NCBI GenBank assembly: GCA_964653975.1
Contig: CAZZIG010000070.1
Location: 3,198 to 67,197 of the forward strand
Length of the DNA: 64,000 bases
From: an uncultured Acidimicrobiaceae bacterium
GTDB taxonomy: Bacteria > Actinomycetota > Acidimicrobiia > Spongiisociales > ZC4RG35
Reading direction: 5' to 3'
The notes beneath the pieces were generated by a model. That model was given only the letters and a program-made list of their open reading frames with translations, made no database searches and was not told the origin of the DNA. The position numbers and the translations under genes were made by a program. The stretch's first letter is position 1. Each line of letters starts with the position of its first letter. Below, piece after piece: positions 37,754 through 48,018 of this stretch.

Positions 37754-38299
37754 TCACGAGGGCCTCCCGACGGGGCGCCATCTCCACACGTACGCGATGA
37801 CGACCACAGCCATGGAGAGCGCCACGAGAATGGGTATCGCTGTCGAGTACCGAATCGTGTAGTCCTCGCCGGGGCGCACTGCTCCCTCGAGAAGACCTAT
37901 CGTGAGCTGCGGGCCAACCGGCATGACCAACCCGAGTCCCGCCGCCCACCAATTCGGCGACACGAGCGGCCTCTCCGGTCTGGCGAAGACGAAGACATAG
38001 ATCGCGACCAACACTGCGGCTGCTACCAATCCGCCCGCATAGCCCTGCACGTTGCCGGCCCAATCACCCACGAACGCATACTCGACGCTGCCTCCTGCCG
38101 GCAGACAGAGGTTCACCCGTTCCACCTCCCAACCCAGCACCGTTCCCGTCACGGCATGGGCCATCTCGTGGATGTTGCAGGCTGCGGCCGTGGCCAAGGC
38201 AACTGCGAAGACGAAAGACACGGCGACACCGAGAGCCGTCCCGGGCCGTTTCAGGTCAGACCGCGACCATCGGGCCATATCTATTCCCACCGGCCTCAA
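37754..38299 (-). CDS. membrane protein with an HExxH motif (putative zinc metallopeptidase-like)
   Basis: …AACNIHEMAHAVTG… within a 4-5 TM protein. Confidence 0.45.
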   Translation of the reverse strand: MRPVGIDMARWSRSDLKRPGTALGVAVSFVFAVALATAAACNIHEMAHAVTGTVLGWEVERVNLCLPAGGSVEYAFVGDWAGNVQGYAGGLVAAAVLVAIYVFVFARPERPLVSPNWWAAGLGLVMPVGPQLTIGLLEGAVRPGEDYTIRYSTAIPILVALSMAVVVIAYVWRWRPVGRPS

Positions 38300-38377
38300 G
38301 CTACGTGCCCGCGCCGGGTCGGGGCCGGTTTCGGTTCGGCCCGTCTATCGTGGCATCGACTCCTCATCGAGCCTCAG

Positions 38378-38800
38378 ATGATCTCCCGACTCGAGAACGA
38401 CAACCGCCGACTGCTCAGAGCGCGCGACCTCATGGACCGCGACTACTGGCGCAGCCTGGACATCGACCGGCTCGCCGACGTGGCGTTGATGTCGCCGGCC
38501 CACTTCATTCGCTCCTTCAAGTCCACCTTCGGCGAGACGCCCCACCGCTACCTGCAGCGACGCCGCGTGGAGAGGGCGATGTACCTGCTGCGCACCACCG
38601 ACCGCTCCATAACCGAGATCTGCATGAGCGTCGGATTCTCCAGTCTGGGCACCTTCAGCAGGACTTTCACCGAGATCGTCGGAGAGACACCGACCTTCTT
38701 CCGGACCCGGGGGGACATGCCTGCGGTGCCGGTCTGTTTCGTCAAGACCTGGACGAGACCGAGCAGTTTCGGAGAAGCGTCCTGGTCGGCGAACCAATAG
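38378..38800 (+). CDS. AraC-family HTH regulator (DNA-binding domain only)
   Basis: …LADVALMSPAHFIRSFKSTFGETPHRYLQRRRVERAMYLLRTTDRSITEICMSVGFSSLGTFSRTF; start at the internal ATG at 38378. Confidence 0.75.
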   Translation: MISRLENDNRRLLRARDLMDRDYWRSLDIDRLADVALMSPAHFIRSFKSTFGETPHRYLQRRRVERAMYLLRTTDRSITEICMSVGFSSLGTFSRTFTEIVGETPTFFRTRGDMPAVPVCFVKTWTRPSSFGEASWSANQ

Positions 38801-38801
38801 C

Positions 38802-39254
38802 TTGGGTGGCATGTACAACGCAATCACCCGATCACAGGTCTTCGTCCTCGATCAGAACGAGGCTCTCGACTTCTACACCAACAAGCTGGGAATGGAGCTC
38901 GCCGCCGACATCGACCTCGGCTTCATGCGCTGGCTCACGGTACGGGTCCCAGGCGATACCGAACGTGAGATCCTCCTCGAGTTGGTGGGACCGCCCGCCA
39001 TGGATGAGGAGACCGCCGCGACGGCCCGAGAGCTGCTGACCAAGGGAGCGATGGGAGGATCGCTCTTCCTGTCCACCGACAATGCCCAGAACACATTCGA
39101 GACGCTGGCAGAGCGGGGGGTCGACATCACCGACGAGCCCACACCGCGACCCTACGGAATCGACTTCGGCATCCGCGACCCCTTCGGCAACGCCATCCGC
39201 ATCGGTGAGATGTTCGACAACCCCGAGGGCGCCTTCGGCGGGCCGGAAGCCTGA
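38802..39254 (+). CDS. VOC / glyoxalase-bleomycin-resistance family protein
   Basis: …RSQVFVLDQNEALDFYTNKLGMEL…DPFGNAIRIGEMF. Confidence 0.75.
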   Translation: MGGMYNAITRSQVFVLDQNEALDFYTNKLGMELAADIDLGFMRWLTVRVPGDTEREILLELVGPPAMDEETAATARELLTKGAMGGSLFLSTDNAQNTFETLAERGVDITDEPTPRPYGIDFGIRDPFGNAIRIGEMFDNPEGAFGGPEA

Positions 39255-39256
39255 CC

Positions 39257-39961
39257 ATGACCGAACCCCACACCAACGGATTCGACGGGACCGCCGCGGT
39301 CACCCGTTCCTTGCTTGGGTGGGGCGTGGTGGCCGGGATGTCCTACCTGGCGGTGGGTGTGATTCGGGGCCTCACCCGCGAAGGCTTCTCCTTCACCGAG
39401 CATGCCTTGAGCCTCCTGATGCTGGGCGAGGGCGGATGGATCCAATCTGCCAACCTCATCGTCAGCGGAGCCATGGTCGTTGCCGCCGCTCTCGGCTTCA
39501 ACCGGGCGATGTCTCCCGGGAAGGGCGCCAGGTCAGCCGGGCTCCTGGTCGGTGTCTACGGTGCGGCGCTGATTGGCTCGGGGATCTTCCCACCCGACCC
39601 GGTCGACGGGTTCCCGGACCCCGCATCGACGGCGGAGGCGACTGCGGGAGGTGTGATGCATGTCGCCCTGGGTGGCATCGGGTTCCTCGCCCTCGTCGCC
39701 GCAACCTTCGTCGTCGCCAGGTGGCTCACCCGTCGCGGTGACCTCGGCGCAGCCAACCGGTCACGGGTGGCGGGAGCAGTGGTCCTGATCGGTTTCCTCG
39801 GTGGCGCCGCCCTCTCCGCTGGCGCTGCCGGGGTGGCGTTGCTGTGGATGGCCGTGATCGCCAGCTGGGTCTGGCTGGCGTTCACCTCCCTGGGTTTGTA
39901 CCGGAATGTTCCGCACCCCGATCCGGACAAGCGCGTCACGACGGCTCGATCGGAGCGGTAG
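39257..39961 (+). CDS. DUF998-like multi-TM membrane protein
   Basis: Six predicted TM helices; no catalytic motif recognised. Confidence 0.5.
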   Translation: MTEPHTNGFDGTAAVTRSLLGWGVVAGMSYLAVGVIRGLTREGFSFTEHALSLLMLGEGGWIQSANLIVSGAMVVAAALGFNRAMSPGKGARSAGLLVGVYGAALIGSGIFPPDPVDGFPDPASTAEATAGGVMHVALGGIGFLALVAATFVVARWLTRRGDLGAANRSRVAGAVVLIGFLGGAALSAGAAGVALLWMAVIASWVWLAFTSLGLYRNVPHPDPDKRVTTARSER

Positions 39962-39994
39962 GAGGCTCGCCCGTCGGGTTTGCCTCCTATCCAC

Positions 39995-40786
39995 TCAGCG
40001 CAGTGTGTCCATGAACGCTTGGGCGATGGCGTGGTACCCGCTCTTGTCGGGGTGCAGGCAGTCCTGTCCCCCCACGAAATCATCGCCATCGAGGGCACCA
40101 AATGTCTCCGCCACCTCGACATCGGTGGCGGCGGCGGTGGCTCGGATGATGTCGTTGAGGCCGAACGGCACTCCGGGACCGCCTTCCAGCACATTGTCGG
40201 CCAGCGGCTCCAGGTCGGCCAGGAAGCACGATCCCAACGGGTTGTAGTAGGTCATGATCACGATCCGCGTATCGGGACCGGCGGCCTGTCTCAGCGTTCC
40301 CAGGATCAGACCCAGGTTCTGAGCGTACGTGGTCAGGCCGTTTGTGATCACCTCGACGCACTCCGCTGTGACCCCTCCCGAGCAGGCACCCACAACCGGG
40401 TTGAACAGATCGTTGCCACCGATGGTCACCGTGATCAGCACGACGTCGTTGCCGGGATCGGCATCGTTGTTCCGGGTGCTGATCAGCTGAGTTGCAGCGG
40501 GCAGCTGCCCCGATATCAAGCTGGCCGACGTAGCGCCGGGCACCGCCATGTTGACGAGCTCCAGGCGCGGACAACCCGACGGGTTGCCTGCTCGACAGTC
40601 GATGCCACGAGCCCACCGGCTGACTACAGCGGTGTAGCCGTGCTGTTCGGGTCGCTCCGTCCCGAATCCGAATGCCACCGAGTCTCCTACACCCACATGC
40701 ACCGGATCCTCGCCACTGCTGGCGCCTGCCGGCATGGCCGCCGTCAGCAAGGTGAGGAGTGCAGCGATAAACACGAACCTTCGCAT
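39995..40786 (-). CDS. secreted SGNH/GDSL-family hydrolase
   Basis: Signal peptide MRRFVFIAALLTLLTAAMPAGAS; block I GDSVAFG, …GGNDLF…, C-terminal DxxH (DCLHPD). RBS gggagg precedes the ATG at 40786. Confidence 0.75.
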   Translation of the reverse strand: MRRFVFIAALLTLLTAAMPAGASSGEDPVHVGVGDSVAFGFGTERPEQHGYTAVVSRWARGIDCRAGNPSGCPRLELVNMAVPGATSASLISGQLPAATQLISTRNNDADPGNDVVLITVTIGGNDLFNPVVGACSGGVTAECVEVITNGLTTYAQNLGLILGTLRQAAGPDTRIVIMTYYNPLGSCFLADLEPLADNVLEGGPGVPFGLNDIIRATAAATDVEVAETFGALDGDDFVGGQDCLHPDKSGYHAIAQAFMDTLR

Positions 40787-40921
40787 AGGTCCTCCCTTCT
40801 CCGACGAGACTAAGGACCTCCGACCCGTCCCGTCCATAGGGGTTCACCCCCATGGGTGAGGAACCACGACGTAGCGACACTCGTCCAAACACATGAGCTT
40901 CAAGAGAATCGCCCGGTCGTG

Positions 40922-41725
40922 ATGGTCCTGATCTCCATCGTTGCATGCGCGAACGGGGACACCGGATCGACGGAACCGGGGGGCGAGGTGAGACAAATGG
41001 CTCATCGGGTCCTGATCGACGGGTTGGCGGGAGGCGGGCAGCCCTGGACCACCGGGCTGGTCGAAACCGAGTCGTCATTCCACGAGCTCGTGCCGGGGGC
41101 CGTCGTTCGTCGCGACTGGGAGTCAGAGGTCGTGTTCAGGTTCACCCTCGCCGAGTCGAGCACCTGTCCATTCGACGAGATGCAGGATCTCGAATACTCG
41201 GAGCCGGATCTGAGGCTCTATCCGGTGGTGCCCCTCGTCGGGGAGCCCGAGGTCTGCACCGACGACGCCATGCCACACACCATGGTCGTTGCCGTGGCCC
41301 GTGACGATCTGCCAGATGGAGACTTCTCGATCTGGGTAGACGGCGAGGACCCACCCGGCGGGGTGAACGACGGAGTCACCCGGTTTGCCGCCGGTGAGCT
41401 CGACGACCCAGGATCGTCGGACATCGCACCGCTCAACGCAGCCGGAGACCTGCCGGTGGGAGAGACCAGGATCGGCCACGACGTCACCACCCACTGCGGA
41501 CTCGACCGGATCTACCGGGAGATCGCCGGTGGGGAATGGGCTCTGGCGGACAACGGTTCCAACCAACTCGACTACGTCCCACCGGAGTGGCAGCCGGGGG
41601 TCGAAGGGGAGCAGATCGATCTCATCGTGGAGCGGGCCGACGAGGACCTCCTCGTCGTGACCGCCGTCCGCACCGATCTCCAGCTCAGATACGAGCCGGC
41701 GGACGAGTTCCTCGGCTGCGACTGA
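40922..41725 (+). CDS. hypothetical lipoprotein
   Basis: MVLISIVACANG lipobox; acidic secreted-type domain; no family recognised. Confidence 0.45.
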   Translation: MVLISIVACANGDTGSTEPGGEVRQMAHRVLIDGLAGGGQPWTTGLVETESSFHELVPGAVVRRDWESEVVFRFTLAESSTCPFDEMQDLEYSEPDLRLYPVVPLVGEPEVCTDDAMPHTMVVAVARDDLPDGDFSIWVDGEDPPGGVNDGVTRFAAGELDDPGSSDIAPLNAAGDLPVGETRIGHDVTTHCGLDRIYREIAGGEWALADNGSNQLDYVPPEWQPGVEGEQIDLIVERADEDLLVVTAVRTDLQLRYEPADEFLGCD

Positions 41726-42901
41726 TCAAGCTGGCTCCTCGGACATCCGGCCCGAGGCCCCGAACGGGGCCACCGGGATGGCGCAGAGAGCGACGGAGAC
41801 TCCCATGACCACCATGAGAATTCGATAGTCGACCAGCCCGATCAGAGCGGCACCCATCGCCGTTCCCAATGTTTGAGGACCGTTCAGGGCCATGTTCGAG
41901 GCGGACGAGACCCGACCCTGGAGCCGGGAGGGCGTGAGACGTTGGCGAAGCGTGACGAATCCCACCACGACCCAGGGAATGGAGATCCCGACCAGGATCA
42001 CCGCTGCGATGACGACCGGGATGCTGGGCACGATCGCCACCACCATGCCCGCGCCCAACGCCACCAGGCCGATCGCCACCACCGAACGCTCCCCGAGACG
42101 GTGGATCAGGGCGGCTGCGGTGATGCCTCCGAGGACCGAGCCCCCGCCCTGGATGGAGGCGAGGACACCGAAGAACTCCGCCCCCCTTCCCAGACCCTGG
42201 TCGATCACGGCGAAGATCGTCGTGTTGGCCAGACCGCTCACCGCGAACGCGATGCCAAGGCCGAGGATCATCCGTGACAACACGGGCACGGCTCGGAGGT
42301 GTCTGACCCCGGCTGCCACCTCTCCCCAGAACGACTCCTCATCGTCGGGCACCGGGTCCGACTCCTCGATCCGGAGCGTCATGAACACCAAGGCGGCGAT
42401 CGCCAGGGCAACAGCCGTCACCACCGAAATGGCGAAACCGCCGAACAGGGTGTAGGCACCGGCCCCGACGAGCGGACTGAGAAGTCGTAACCCCTGGTCG
42501 ATGGTATTGAGGATCCCGTTTCCGCTGGCGAGTTGCTCATCCTCCAACATGTCCCTGATGAGACCCGACCCGGCAGCGGCGGTGGTGTAGGTGAGCAGGC
42601 CGTAGAGGAAGGTGACGAGGTAGATGAGCCACATCTGCCCGGGGCCATCGACAAACCAAAGTGAGAGCACGAGGAGTGCCGCCCCGAGGTTGGTGACGAT
42701 GATGACGCGGCGTCTCGAGTGACGGTCGACGATCTGGCCGGCGAAGGGCGCCAGGAACACCGGAAGGCCGAGGAACAAGAAGACGAGACCGGCAGAGGCG
42801 TCGCTGCCGGTGAGGTCCTTGGCCCAGATAGCGAGGGTCAGGAAGAGGACGCTGTCGCCGAAGTTGGAGAACGACCAACCCACCACCAACCGGCGGAACA
42901 C
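41726..42901 (-). CDS. MFS transporter
   Basis: Twelve TM helices and an MFS-type loop motif (…GQIVDRHSRRRV…). Confidence 0.8.
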   Translation of the reverse strand: MFRRLVVGWSFSNFGDSVLFLTLAIWAKDLTGSDASAGLVFLFLGLPVFLAPFAGQIVDRHSRRRVIIVTNLGAALLVLSLWFVDGPGQMWLIYLVTFLYGLLTYTTAAAGSGLIRDMLEDEQLASGNGILNTIDQGLRLLSPLVGAGAYTLFGGFAISVVTAVALAIAALVFMTLRIEESDPVPDDEESFWGEVAAGVRHLRAVPVLSRMILGLGIAFAVSGLANTTIFAVIDQGLGRGAEFFGVLASIQGGGSVLGGITAAALIHRLGERSVVAIGLVALGAGMVVAIVPSIPVVIAAVILVGISIPWVVVGFVTLRQRLTPSRLQGRVSSASNMALNGPQTLGTAMGAALIGLVDYRILMVVMGVSVALCAIPVAPFGASGRMSEEPA

Positions 42902-42918
42902 CGGCAGCCGGAACAGGC

Positions 42919-43506
42919 TCAGGGCTTGGCTCCCTTTCGCCTCTCCCGGACCACATCGACGTGCGCTGCGGCGAAGAGACTGATCGGTCGCGCCCCTTCG
43001 GGGCGGAGCGACGGGTCGTCATTGCGACCGGCATACGGGGCCGTGAGGTTCTGGATGATCTGGCTGAACTCGGCGAGTTCCTCGGAGGTGGCCCAGAACT
43101 GTGATCCGTTGATCGTTGAGGCATGGATCCACTCTTTGGACTCGTTGGCGACCGAGGACAACCACTCCCGGATGCCCTCCACCGAGTGCTCGACGAAGAG
43201 TTGTGCGATCTCGCCGACGGCGCGCACCGACTCGGGCTCGTCGTCGGGTCGGATGTCGCGGCCGGGCGAGGTCAGCCGCCAGGGCTTCTCGCGACCTCTG
43301 CGCTCGGCCGGCTCGATGAACCCGTACTTGGCCAGCATGCGGAGATGGAACGAGCAACTGGCCACGCTCTCGCCGGTGGCCTCGGCGCACTCGGTGGCGG
43401 TTGCGGGGCCGTCCACGAGAACGTCCATCAGTTCGAGACGCAGGGGATGTGCCAGAGCACGAATCCGCACCGGGTCGGAGATGCGGGGAAGCTCTTCGGC
43501 GGGCAT
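42919..43506 (-). CDS. ArsR-like winged-helix transcriptional regulator with a C-terminal extension
   Basis: …IRALAHPLRLELMDVLVDGPATATECAEATGESVASCSFHLRMLAKYGFI…; paired with the downstream MFS gene. Confidence 0.7.
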   Translation of the reverse strand: MPAEELPRISDPVRIRALAHPLRLELMDVLVDGPATATECAEATGESVASCSFHLRMLAKYGFIEPAERRGREKPWRLTSPGRDIRPDDEPESVRAVGEIAQLFVEHSVEGIREWLSSVANESKEWIHASTINGSQFWATSEELAEFSQIIQNLTAPYAGRNDDPSLRPEGARPISLFAAAHVDVVRERRKGAKP

Positions 43507-43519
43507 GGAGGCATCCTAC

Positions 43520-43557
43520 GTTTCTAAAGGACTCTTTAGCAAGAGATCTCTAGAAAC
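43520..43557. promoter_or_regulatory. AT-rich nested palindromes upstream of the ArsR-like regulator (putative operator)
   Basis: gtttcta…tagaaac outer inverted repeat with inner ctaaag/ctttag and agagatctct palindromes, in an otherwise GC-rich genome. Confidence 0.5.
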
Positions 43558-43628
43558 ATCGAACGGGCGGCGCCACAGGTCTGTGAACCAGTGTGCGTCA
43601 CCGACTCCAGGTCAGGGGTCGAACCGAA

Positions 43629-44384
43629 TCAGTCCGAGTACTCGACGGTGATGTCACCGTTGGAGGTTCGCAACGTGATCGAGAGTGTTGCCGCCGGGTC
43701 GGTGCGAATCGGGGTCTCGACTCTGCCGTTCGAAGTGGAGGCCTCCACGGCGTAGGTGGGTGCATCGGATGGGAGAAGCACTTGGATCGACCCGTTGCTC
43801 GACCGTGCCGACACCGCGCTCGGTGCAACATCGAAGCTGAGTTCGATCCTGCCGTTGCTGGTGGCGACGTCGACATCGTCGGAGCCCAGTGCCTCTCCGT
43901 TGATGGCCCCGTTCGAGGTGCGGACCGAGACAGACGAGGAAGCCACCTCCTCCAACGTGACCCGCCCGTTGCTCGTGGTCACGTCGACCGGGCCCTCGAG
44001 GCCGAAGATGGAGATGGTCCCGTTGGACGTCTCCCCACCGATCTCGGCGGTTGCGGGAAGAGTGACCTCGAAAGAGGCCTGACAACGCCACGAGAAGATG
44101 CCGGGGCAGCTCTGTTCCAGCCGCAACACGTCGCCGTCCTGGTCCAAAGAGACCCGGGCGTCACTCAGGAAGCCAGTGGAGAACGAGTAGTCGACCACCA
44201 CCTCGTCTCCACCTGCCCTGAACTCGATAGGACTGTTCGACAGATCGAACTCCACGACGGAAACACCGGTGAAACTCTCCGCCGCCGACTCGCGGGTGAA
44301 ACCGGACAGTGGTGAGAACAAGAGGGCAACGAGGCCGGCCGCCACCAGGAGCAAACCGACGACCACGGCCGTGTTGCGCTTCAC
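43629..44384 (-). CDS. DUF4097-family beta-helical repeat protein (putative adhesin) with an N-terminal TM anchor
   Basis: Repeated …TSNGRV/TSNGAI/TSNGSI… units; GTG start at 44384 with SD gaaggag. Confidence 0.65.
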   Translation of the reverse strand: MKRNTAVVVGLLLVAAGLVALLFSPLSGFTRESAAESFTGVSVVEFDLSNSPIEFRAGGDEVVVDYSFSTGFLSDARVSLDQDGDVLRLEQSCPGIFSWRCQASFEVTLPATAEIGGETSNGTISIFGLEGPVDVTTSNGRVTLEEVASSSVSVRTSNGAINGEALGSDDVDVATSNGRIELSFDVAPSAVSARSSNGSIQVLLPSDAPTYAVEASTSNGRVETPIRTDPAATLSITLRTSNGDITVEYSD

Positions 44385-44463
44385 AGTGCTCCTTCCTCGT
44401 CCGGAGGGCTCTTGAGAGGTGCCCGGGTGGAGCCTACGGGACCATGGCGTCCCGTAGGCCCAC

Positions 44464-45108
44464 TCACGGCCACAGTGGTCCTTCGACGGGGAAGCCGAGC
44501 CCCTGGCCCCAACGGTTGTGATAGGAGACTTGCTCCACCGGGGCACGTTCGGCGACACCCCATCGCCCCAACGGGAACCCACAGGACACCGCCGCCGCCA
44601 GCTGCCAGCCCTTGTCGACGGGGACATCCAGGAGATCGAAAACCTCTGCGGAGCGAAAAGCACCGAGGATCGTCGTCAGACAGGTCCCAACTCCCCCACC
44701 ACGTCCCGCCAGCATCGCGGTCCACACCGCCGGATAGATCGAAGCGCCGGAGGGGTCGTTGCGGGTGAAGAAGACCAGCCACAGCGGAACCTGCTCGAAG
44801 TTCTCCGCCAGCCAGTCCGAGGAGCGCATCACCCTCAAAGTGGTGACGTCTCCACTCTTCTCGGCCGCCTGACGCCGTCCGGCGTAGGCCCTCTCCTGCA
44901 GCTCCCGGTATGCCTCGCGGTAGACCGGCCCGAGCTGGCCCCGCAGCTGCTCGTCGTCGACGACCACTATCCGCCAGTTCTGTGCGTTCCCGCCCGATGG
45001 GGCCCTGATCGCGGCGTCGAGCATGCGAGCCACGATCTCATCGGGGATCGGATCGGGTTTGACCCGACGCATGGCGCGGGTGGTGTAGAGAGCTTCGTTG
45101 AGGTCCAT
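44464..45108 (-). CDS. nitroreductase family protein
   Basis: …RRVKPDPIPDEIVARMLDAAIRAPSGGNAQNWRIVVVDD…. Confidence 0.8.
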   Translation of the reverse strand: MDLNEALYTTRAMRRVKPDPIPDEIVARMLDAAIRAPSGGNAQNWRIVVVDDEQLRGQLGPVYREAYRELQERAYAGRRQAAEKSGDVTTLRVMRSSDWLAENFEQVPLWLVFFTRNDPSGASIYPAVWTAMLAGRGGGVGTCLTTILGAFRSAEVFDLLDVPVDKGWQLAAAVSCGFPLGRWGVAERAPVEQVSYHNRWGQGLGFPVEGPLWP

Positions 45109-45196
45109 CCGGCCAGCCTACGTCCACTGATCCGGCGGACCGACGGTGAGGGCAGACGGGCCGGCCTCCTCCATGGTGCCGGCCCGTCGGCCGTCG

Positions 45197-45784
45197 TCAG
45201 TAGTCGTAGTCGAGGGGTGCGTCCTGGTCGTCCGACACACCAGTGGCAGCGGCTTCGATCATGTTCCCCTCGGCGTCGACCACGAACCACACGTCATTGA
45301 AGCCCTGACCGGTGGTGTCTCCCGGGCTCGTGTCCGGTGTGTACAGATAGAGCGGCATGCCGCTCACGGTCAGCTGGGTGGTGCCGTCGGTCCTCTCGAT
45401 GGAGCCGAACATCGAGGCGTCGAGATCGGCCCCGATGGGAGTGTCCGCAGAGACTGGCGGCCACAACTCGGCGCAGGCTTCGTAACACGCACTCTCCCCC
45501 TCACTGTCTGCGGTGAAGATGTAGAGAGTGAAACCGTCCGGGTCGACGAGTATCGGCCCGAGATCGGTCTCGGCGACATGGACTCCGTCCATCGTCTCCG
45601 CCGTTGTCGTCGTGGGGTCTTCGGTAGCCGCCGTCGTGGTGGTCGGATCCTCCTGACCGGCGTCGGCCGAGGTCGTCGTGACCTCCGGCACCGTCGTAGT
45701 GGAGGTGCCTTCCCCCTCTTCGGCCCCGCAAGCAGCCAAAGCCACCACCGCGACCACGAATATGCCCAAGGTGCGCCATCTCAT
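45197..45784 (-). CDS. secreted lipoprotein with a Y-x-(F/W/Y)-x-x-D repeat (COG4315-like)
   Basis: Signal peptide plus lipobox (…VALAACG), Thr-rich linker, two GxxLYxFxxD-type motifs (GFTLYIFTAD, GMPLYLYTPD); SD gaggag before the ATG at 45784. Confidence 0.65.
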   Translation of the reverse strand: MRWRTLGIFVVAVVALAACGAEEGEGTSTTTVPEVTTTSADAGQEDPTTTTAATEDPTTTTAETMDGVHVAETDLGPILVDPDGFTLYIFTADSEGESACYEACAELWPPVSADTPIGADLDASMFGSIERTDGTTQLTVSGMPLYLYTPDTSPGDTTGQGFNDVWFVVDAEGNMIEAAATGVSDDQDAPLDYDY

Positions 45785-45858
45785 GTGAAATCTCCTCATT
45801 TCTCGCCCCGACTACGCATCAACGTCGCAGATGGTTCGCGTCCTGGCACAATCCCGGT

Positions 45859-46377
45859 GTGGATCGTGAAGTTCTAGAGCGGTTTCGCGACGGTGAGGAG
45901 AGTGCGGTGAAGGCCGTATACGAACGGTTTCGCGGGCCCGTCTTCGCCATCTCGATGAGCGTCCTGCACGATCATGGGCTGGCCGCGGACGCCACCCAGC
46001 AGACGTTCATCAAGGCATGGCAGGCGGCCACCACCTACGACCCCGAGCGCGAGCTCGGCCCCTGGATCTACGCCATCGCCCGTCGCACCGCCATCGACAT
46101 CTACCGCAAGAGCTCCCGCGCCCTTCCCAGCGACGAGGTCGACAGCACCGCACTACCCCCGGCGCTCGACACGATCTGGGAGGTCTTCGAAGTTCGCTCG
46201 GCCATCGACCGGCTGCCAGACGAAGAGAGACAGGTGATCAAGCTGAGCCACTTCGACGGTCTAACCCACGTCGAGATCGCCGAGCACATGGGGATCCCGG
46301 TCGGAACCGTCAAGTCACGCTCACACCGGGCCCACCAACGACTCATCGAGCTGCTCCGGCACGTGGAGGAGACATGA
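45859..46377 (+). CDS. ECF (sigma-70 family) RNA polymerase sigma factor
   Basis: Region 2 (…TFIKAWQAATTYDPERELGPWIYAIARRTAIDIYRK) and region 4 (LPDEERQVIKLSHFDGLTHVEIAEHMGIPVGTVKSR). Confidence 0.88.
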   Translation: MDREVLERFRDGEESAVKAVYERFRGPVFAISMSVLHDHGLAADATQQTFIKAWQAATTYDPERELGPWIYAIARRTAIDIYRKSSRALPSDEVDSTALPPALDTIWEVFEVRSAIDRLPDEERQVIKLSHFDGLTHVEIAEHMGIPVGTVKSRSHRAHQRLIELLRHVEET

Positions 46378-46428
46378 TCTCTGCGAACCGTTGCCCTGGC
46401 GCGATCCGTACTCCATACGGGAGAACCC

Positions 46429-47055
46429 ATGTCTGACCAACGCGCCGAATACCTGGCCTCGGCATCGGGGCCCGCGCCCGCCGACCGAGAACGTCTCGAC
46501 CTGATCCGCGACATCCTCGGAAGCGAGGCCACCTGGGCCGAGCCGCCTCCCGAGGTAGCCGACCGGCTGCTTCGCGCCATCGGCCGACAGAGAACCTCCG
46601 CCGAGCCCATCGCGTCGACCCCAGGTCGTCGCTGGGGCTGGGCGGCTGCCACGGTCGCTGCCGCGGCCGCCGCGGTGGTGATCGTCGCGGGTCTGTTCGG
46701 AGTCTTCTCCCCTCCGGCGGAGCAACTCGTCGCCATCGCAGGGACCGATCTCGAACCCGACGCCACCGGAGAGGTGACCATCCGGGAGAGCGATGCCGGC
46801 TGGTGGATCCGTCTCGACGTGGAGGACCTCCCCGCGGCAGGCGACGGCACGTACTACGAAGGTTGGCTCTGGAACGACGACGGTGACGGTGTCAGCATCG
46901 GCACCTTCCATCTCCGGGGTGCCGATCAATCCGTGGTCCTCTGGTCCGGAGTCGATCCGGCCGACTACCCGGCGATCTGGGTCACCCTCGAGGACGAGGA
47001 CGGCGATCCCGCGGCCTCGGACCGAATAGTCATGTGGGGCCGCCCCGACGGGTAG
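46429..47055 (+). CDS. anti-sigma factor (RskA-like; single TM helix with a periplasmic domain)
   Basis: Immediately downstream of the ECF sigma; TM helix WGWAAATVAAAAAAVVIVAGLFGVF; C-terminal RskA-like region. Confidence 0.7.
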   Translation: MSDQRAEYLASASGPAPADRERLDLIRDILGSEATWAEPPPEVADRLLRAIGRQRTSAEPIASTPGRRWGWAAATVAAAAAAVVIVAGLFGVFSPPAEQLVAIAGTDLEPDATGEVTIRESDAGWWIRLDVEDLPAAGDGTYYEGWLWNDDGDGVSIGTFHLRGADQSVVLWSGVDPADYPAIWVTLEDEDGDPAASDRIVMWGRPDG

Positions 47056-47113
47056 AGCCCGGTTTCGGCACCCCGAACTCCGGGGTACATGGTTTCTCCA
47101 CTAATGTCCATAT

Positions 47114-47821
47114 ATGGCTGTTGAGATCGTCACCTGGAAGGGCCGCTTTGGCCCTATGGACTTGAAGGTCGGGCGAGAGACCTTCCGTCCCAGCACGATC
47201 TCGACTCTGCTCGCCGACGCCCTCGATTTCGAGCCAGGCAGCGTGGTGGTCGACGTGGGTTGCGGCTCAGGCATCCTCTCGATTATCGCCGCCAAACTGG
47301 GTGCCTCCAAGGTCTACGGGGTGGACGCCGCCCCCGAGACCGTCGAGATCGCCTCTGCCAACGCGGTGGCCCACGGAGTGGGCGATCGCGTCGAGTTCGC
47401 CCAAGGTGACATGTTCGACCCATTGGGGCCGGAGGTCGAGGCCGACGTCGTCATCGGTGATGTCTCGGGGATACCCGATGCGATCGCCACCGCCTCCGGG
47501 TGGTTTCCGTCCGGGCTGGCAGGCGGGCCCACCGGGGCCGAGTTGCCGATGCGGATGATCGAGGAGTCCAAGCGTCTCCTCAAGAAGGGAGGGAGCCTCT
47601 TCCTTCCCACCGGATCACTCCAGGACGAGAACTCCATCATCGAGCGGGCCCGCTCGGTGTTCGGGTCGATGAAGCAGCTGGCGGAACGCAACATCCCGCT
47701 CCCCTCCGCCCTCGCCGAGGACCCCGCCGTCCTCAAGGCCCTCAAGGCGAAGGTCATCGCGCTGAAACAGCGGGGCAGCCGCTACCAGTGGACCGCCCGC
47801 GTCTGGAGACTCGACGCCTGA
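47114..47821 (+). CDS. class I SAM-dependent methyltransferase (small-domain / HemK-RsmC-like)
   Basis: VVDVGCGSGILSIIAA…VYGVDAAPETVEIASANA…VIGDVSGIP. Confidence 0.75.
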   Translation: MAVEIVTWKGRFGPMDLKVGRETFRPSTISTLLADALDFEPGSVVVDVGCGSGILSIIAAKLGASKVYGVDAAPETVEIASANAVAHGVGDRVEFAQGDMFDPLGPEVEADVVIGDVSGIPDAIATASGWFPSGLAGGPTGAELPMRMIEESKRLLKKGGSLFLPTGSLQDENSIIERARSVFGSMKQLAERNIPLPSALAEDPAVLKALKAKVIALKQRGSRYQWTARVWRLDA

Positions 47822-48018
47822 CCTGTCCTTGCTGATCGGTTCGCCACCGGAGGCTCCTGATCCCGTGAACCCTGGGTTGCCGTCAACCCACCCGTCCGCC
47901 CCACCCCCCACCGTTCGCCCCACCCCTTGACTTTTGAGCGGGAATTACCGACTATACGGGAATAGCAGACCATAAGGCGCCCGACTACGAGCTGGACGAC
48001 ATCCTCGAGGTCGACCAG

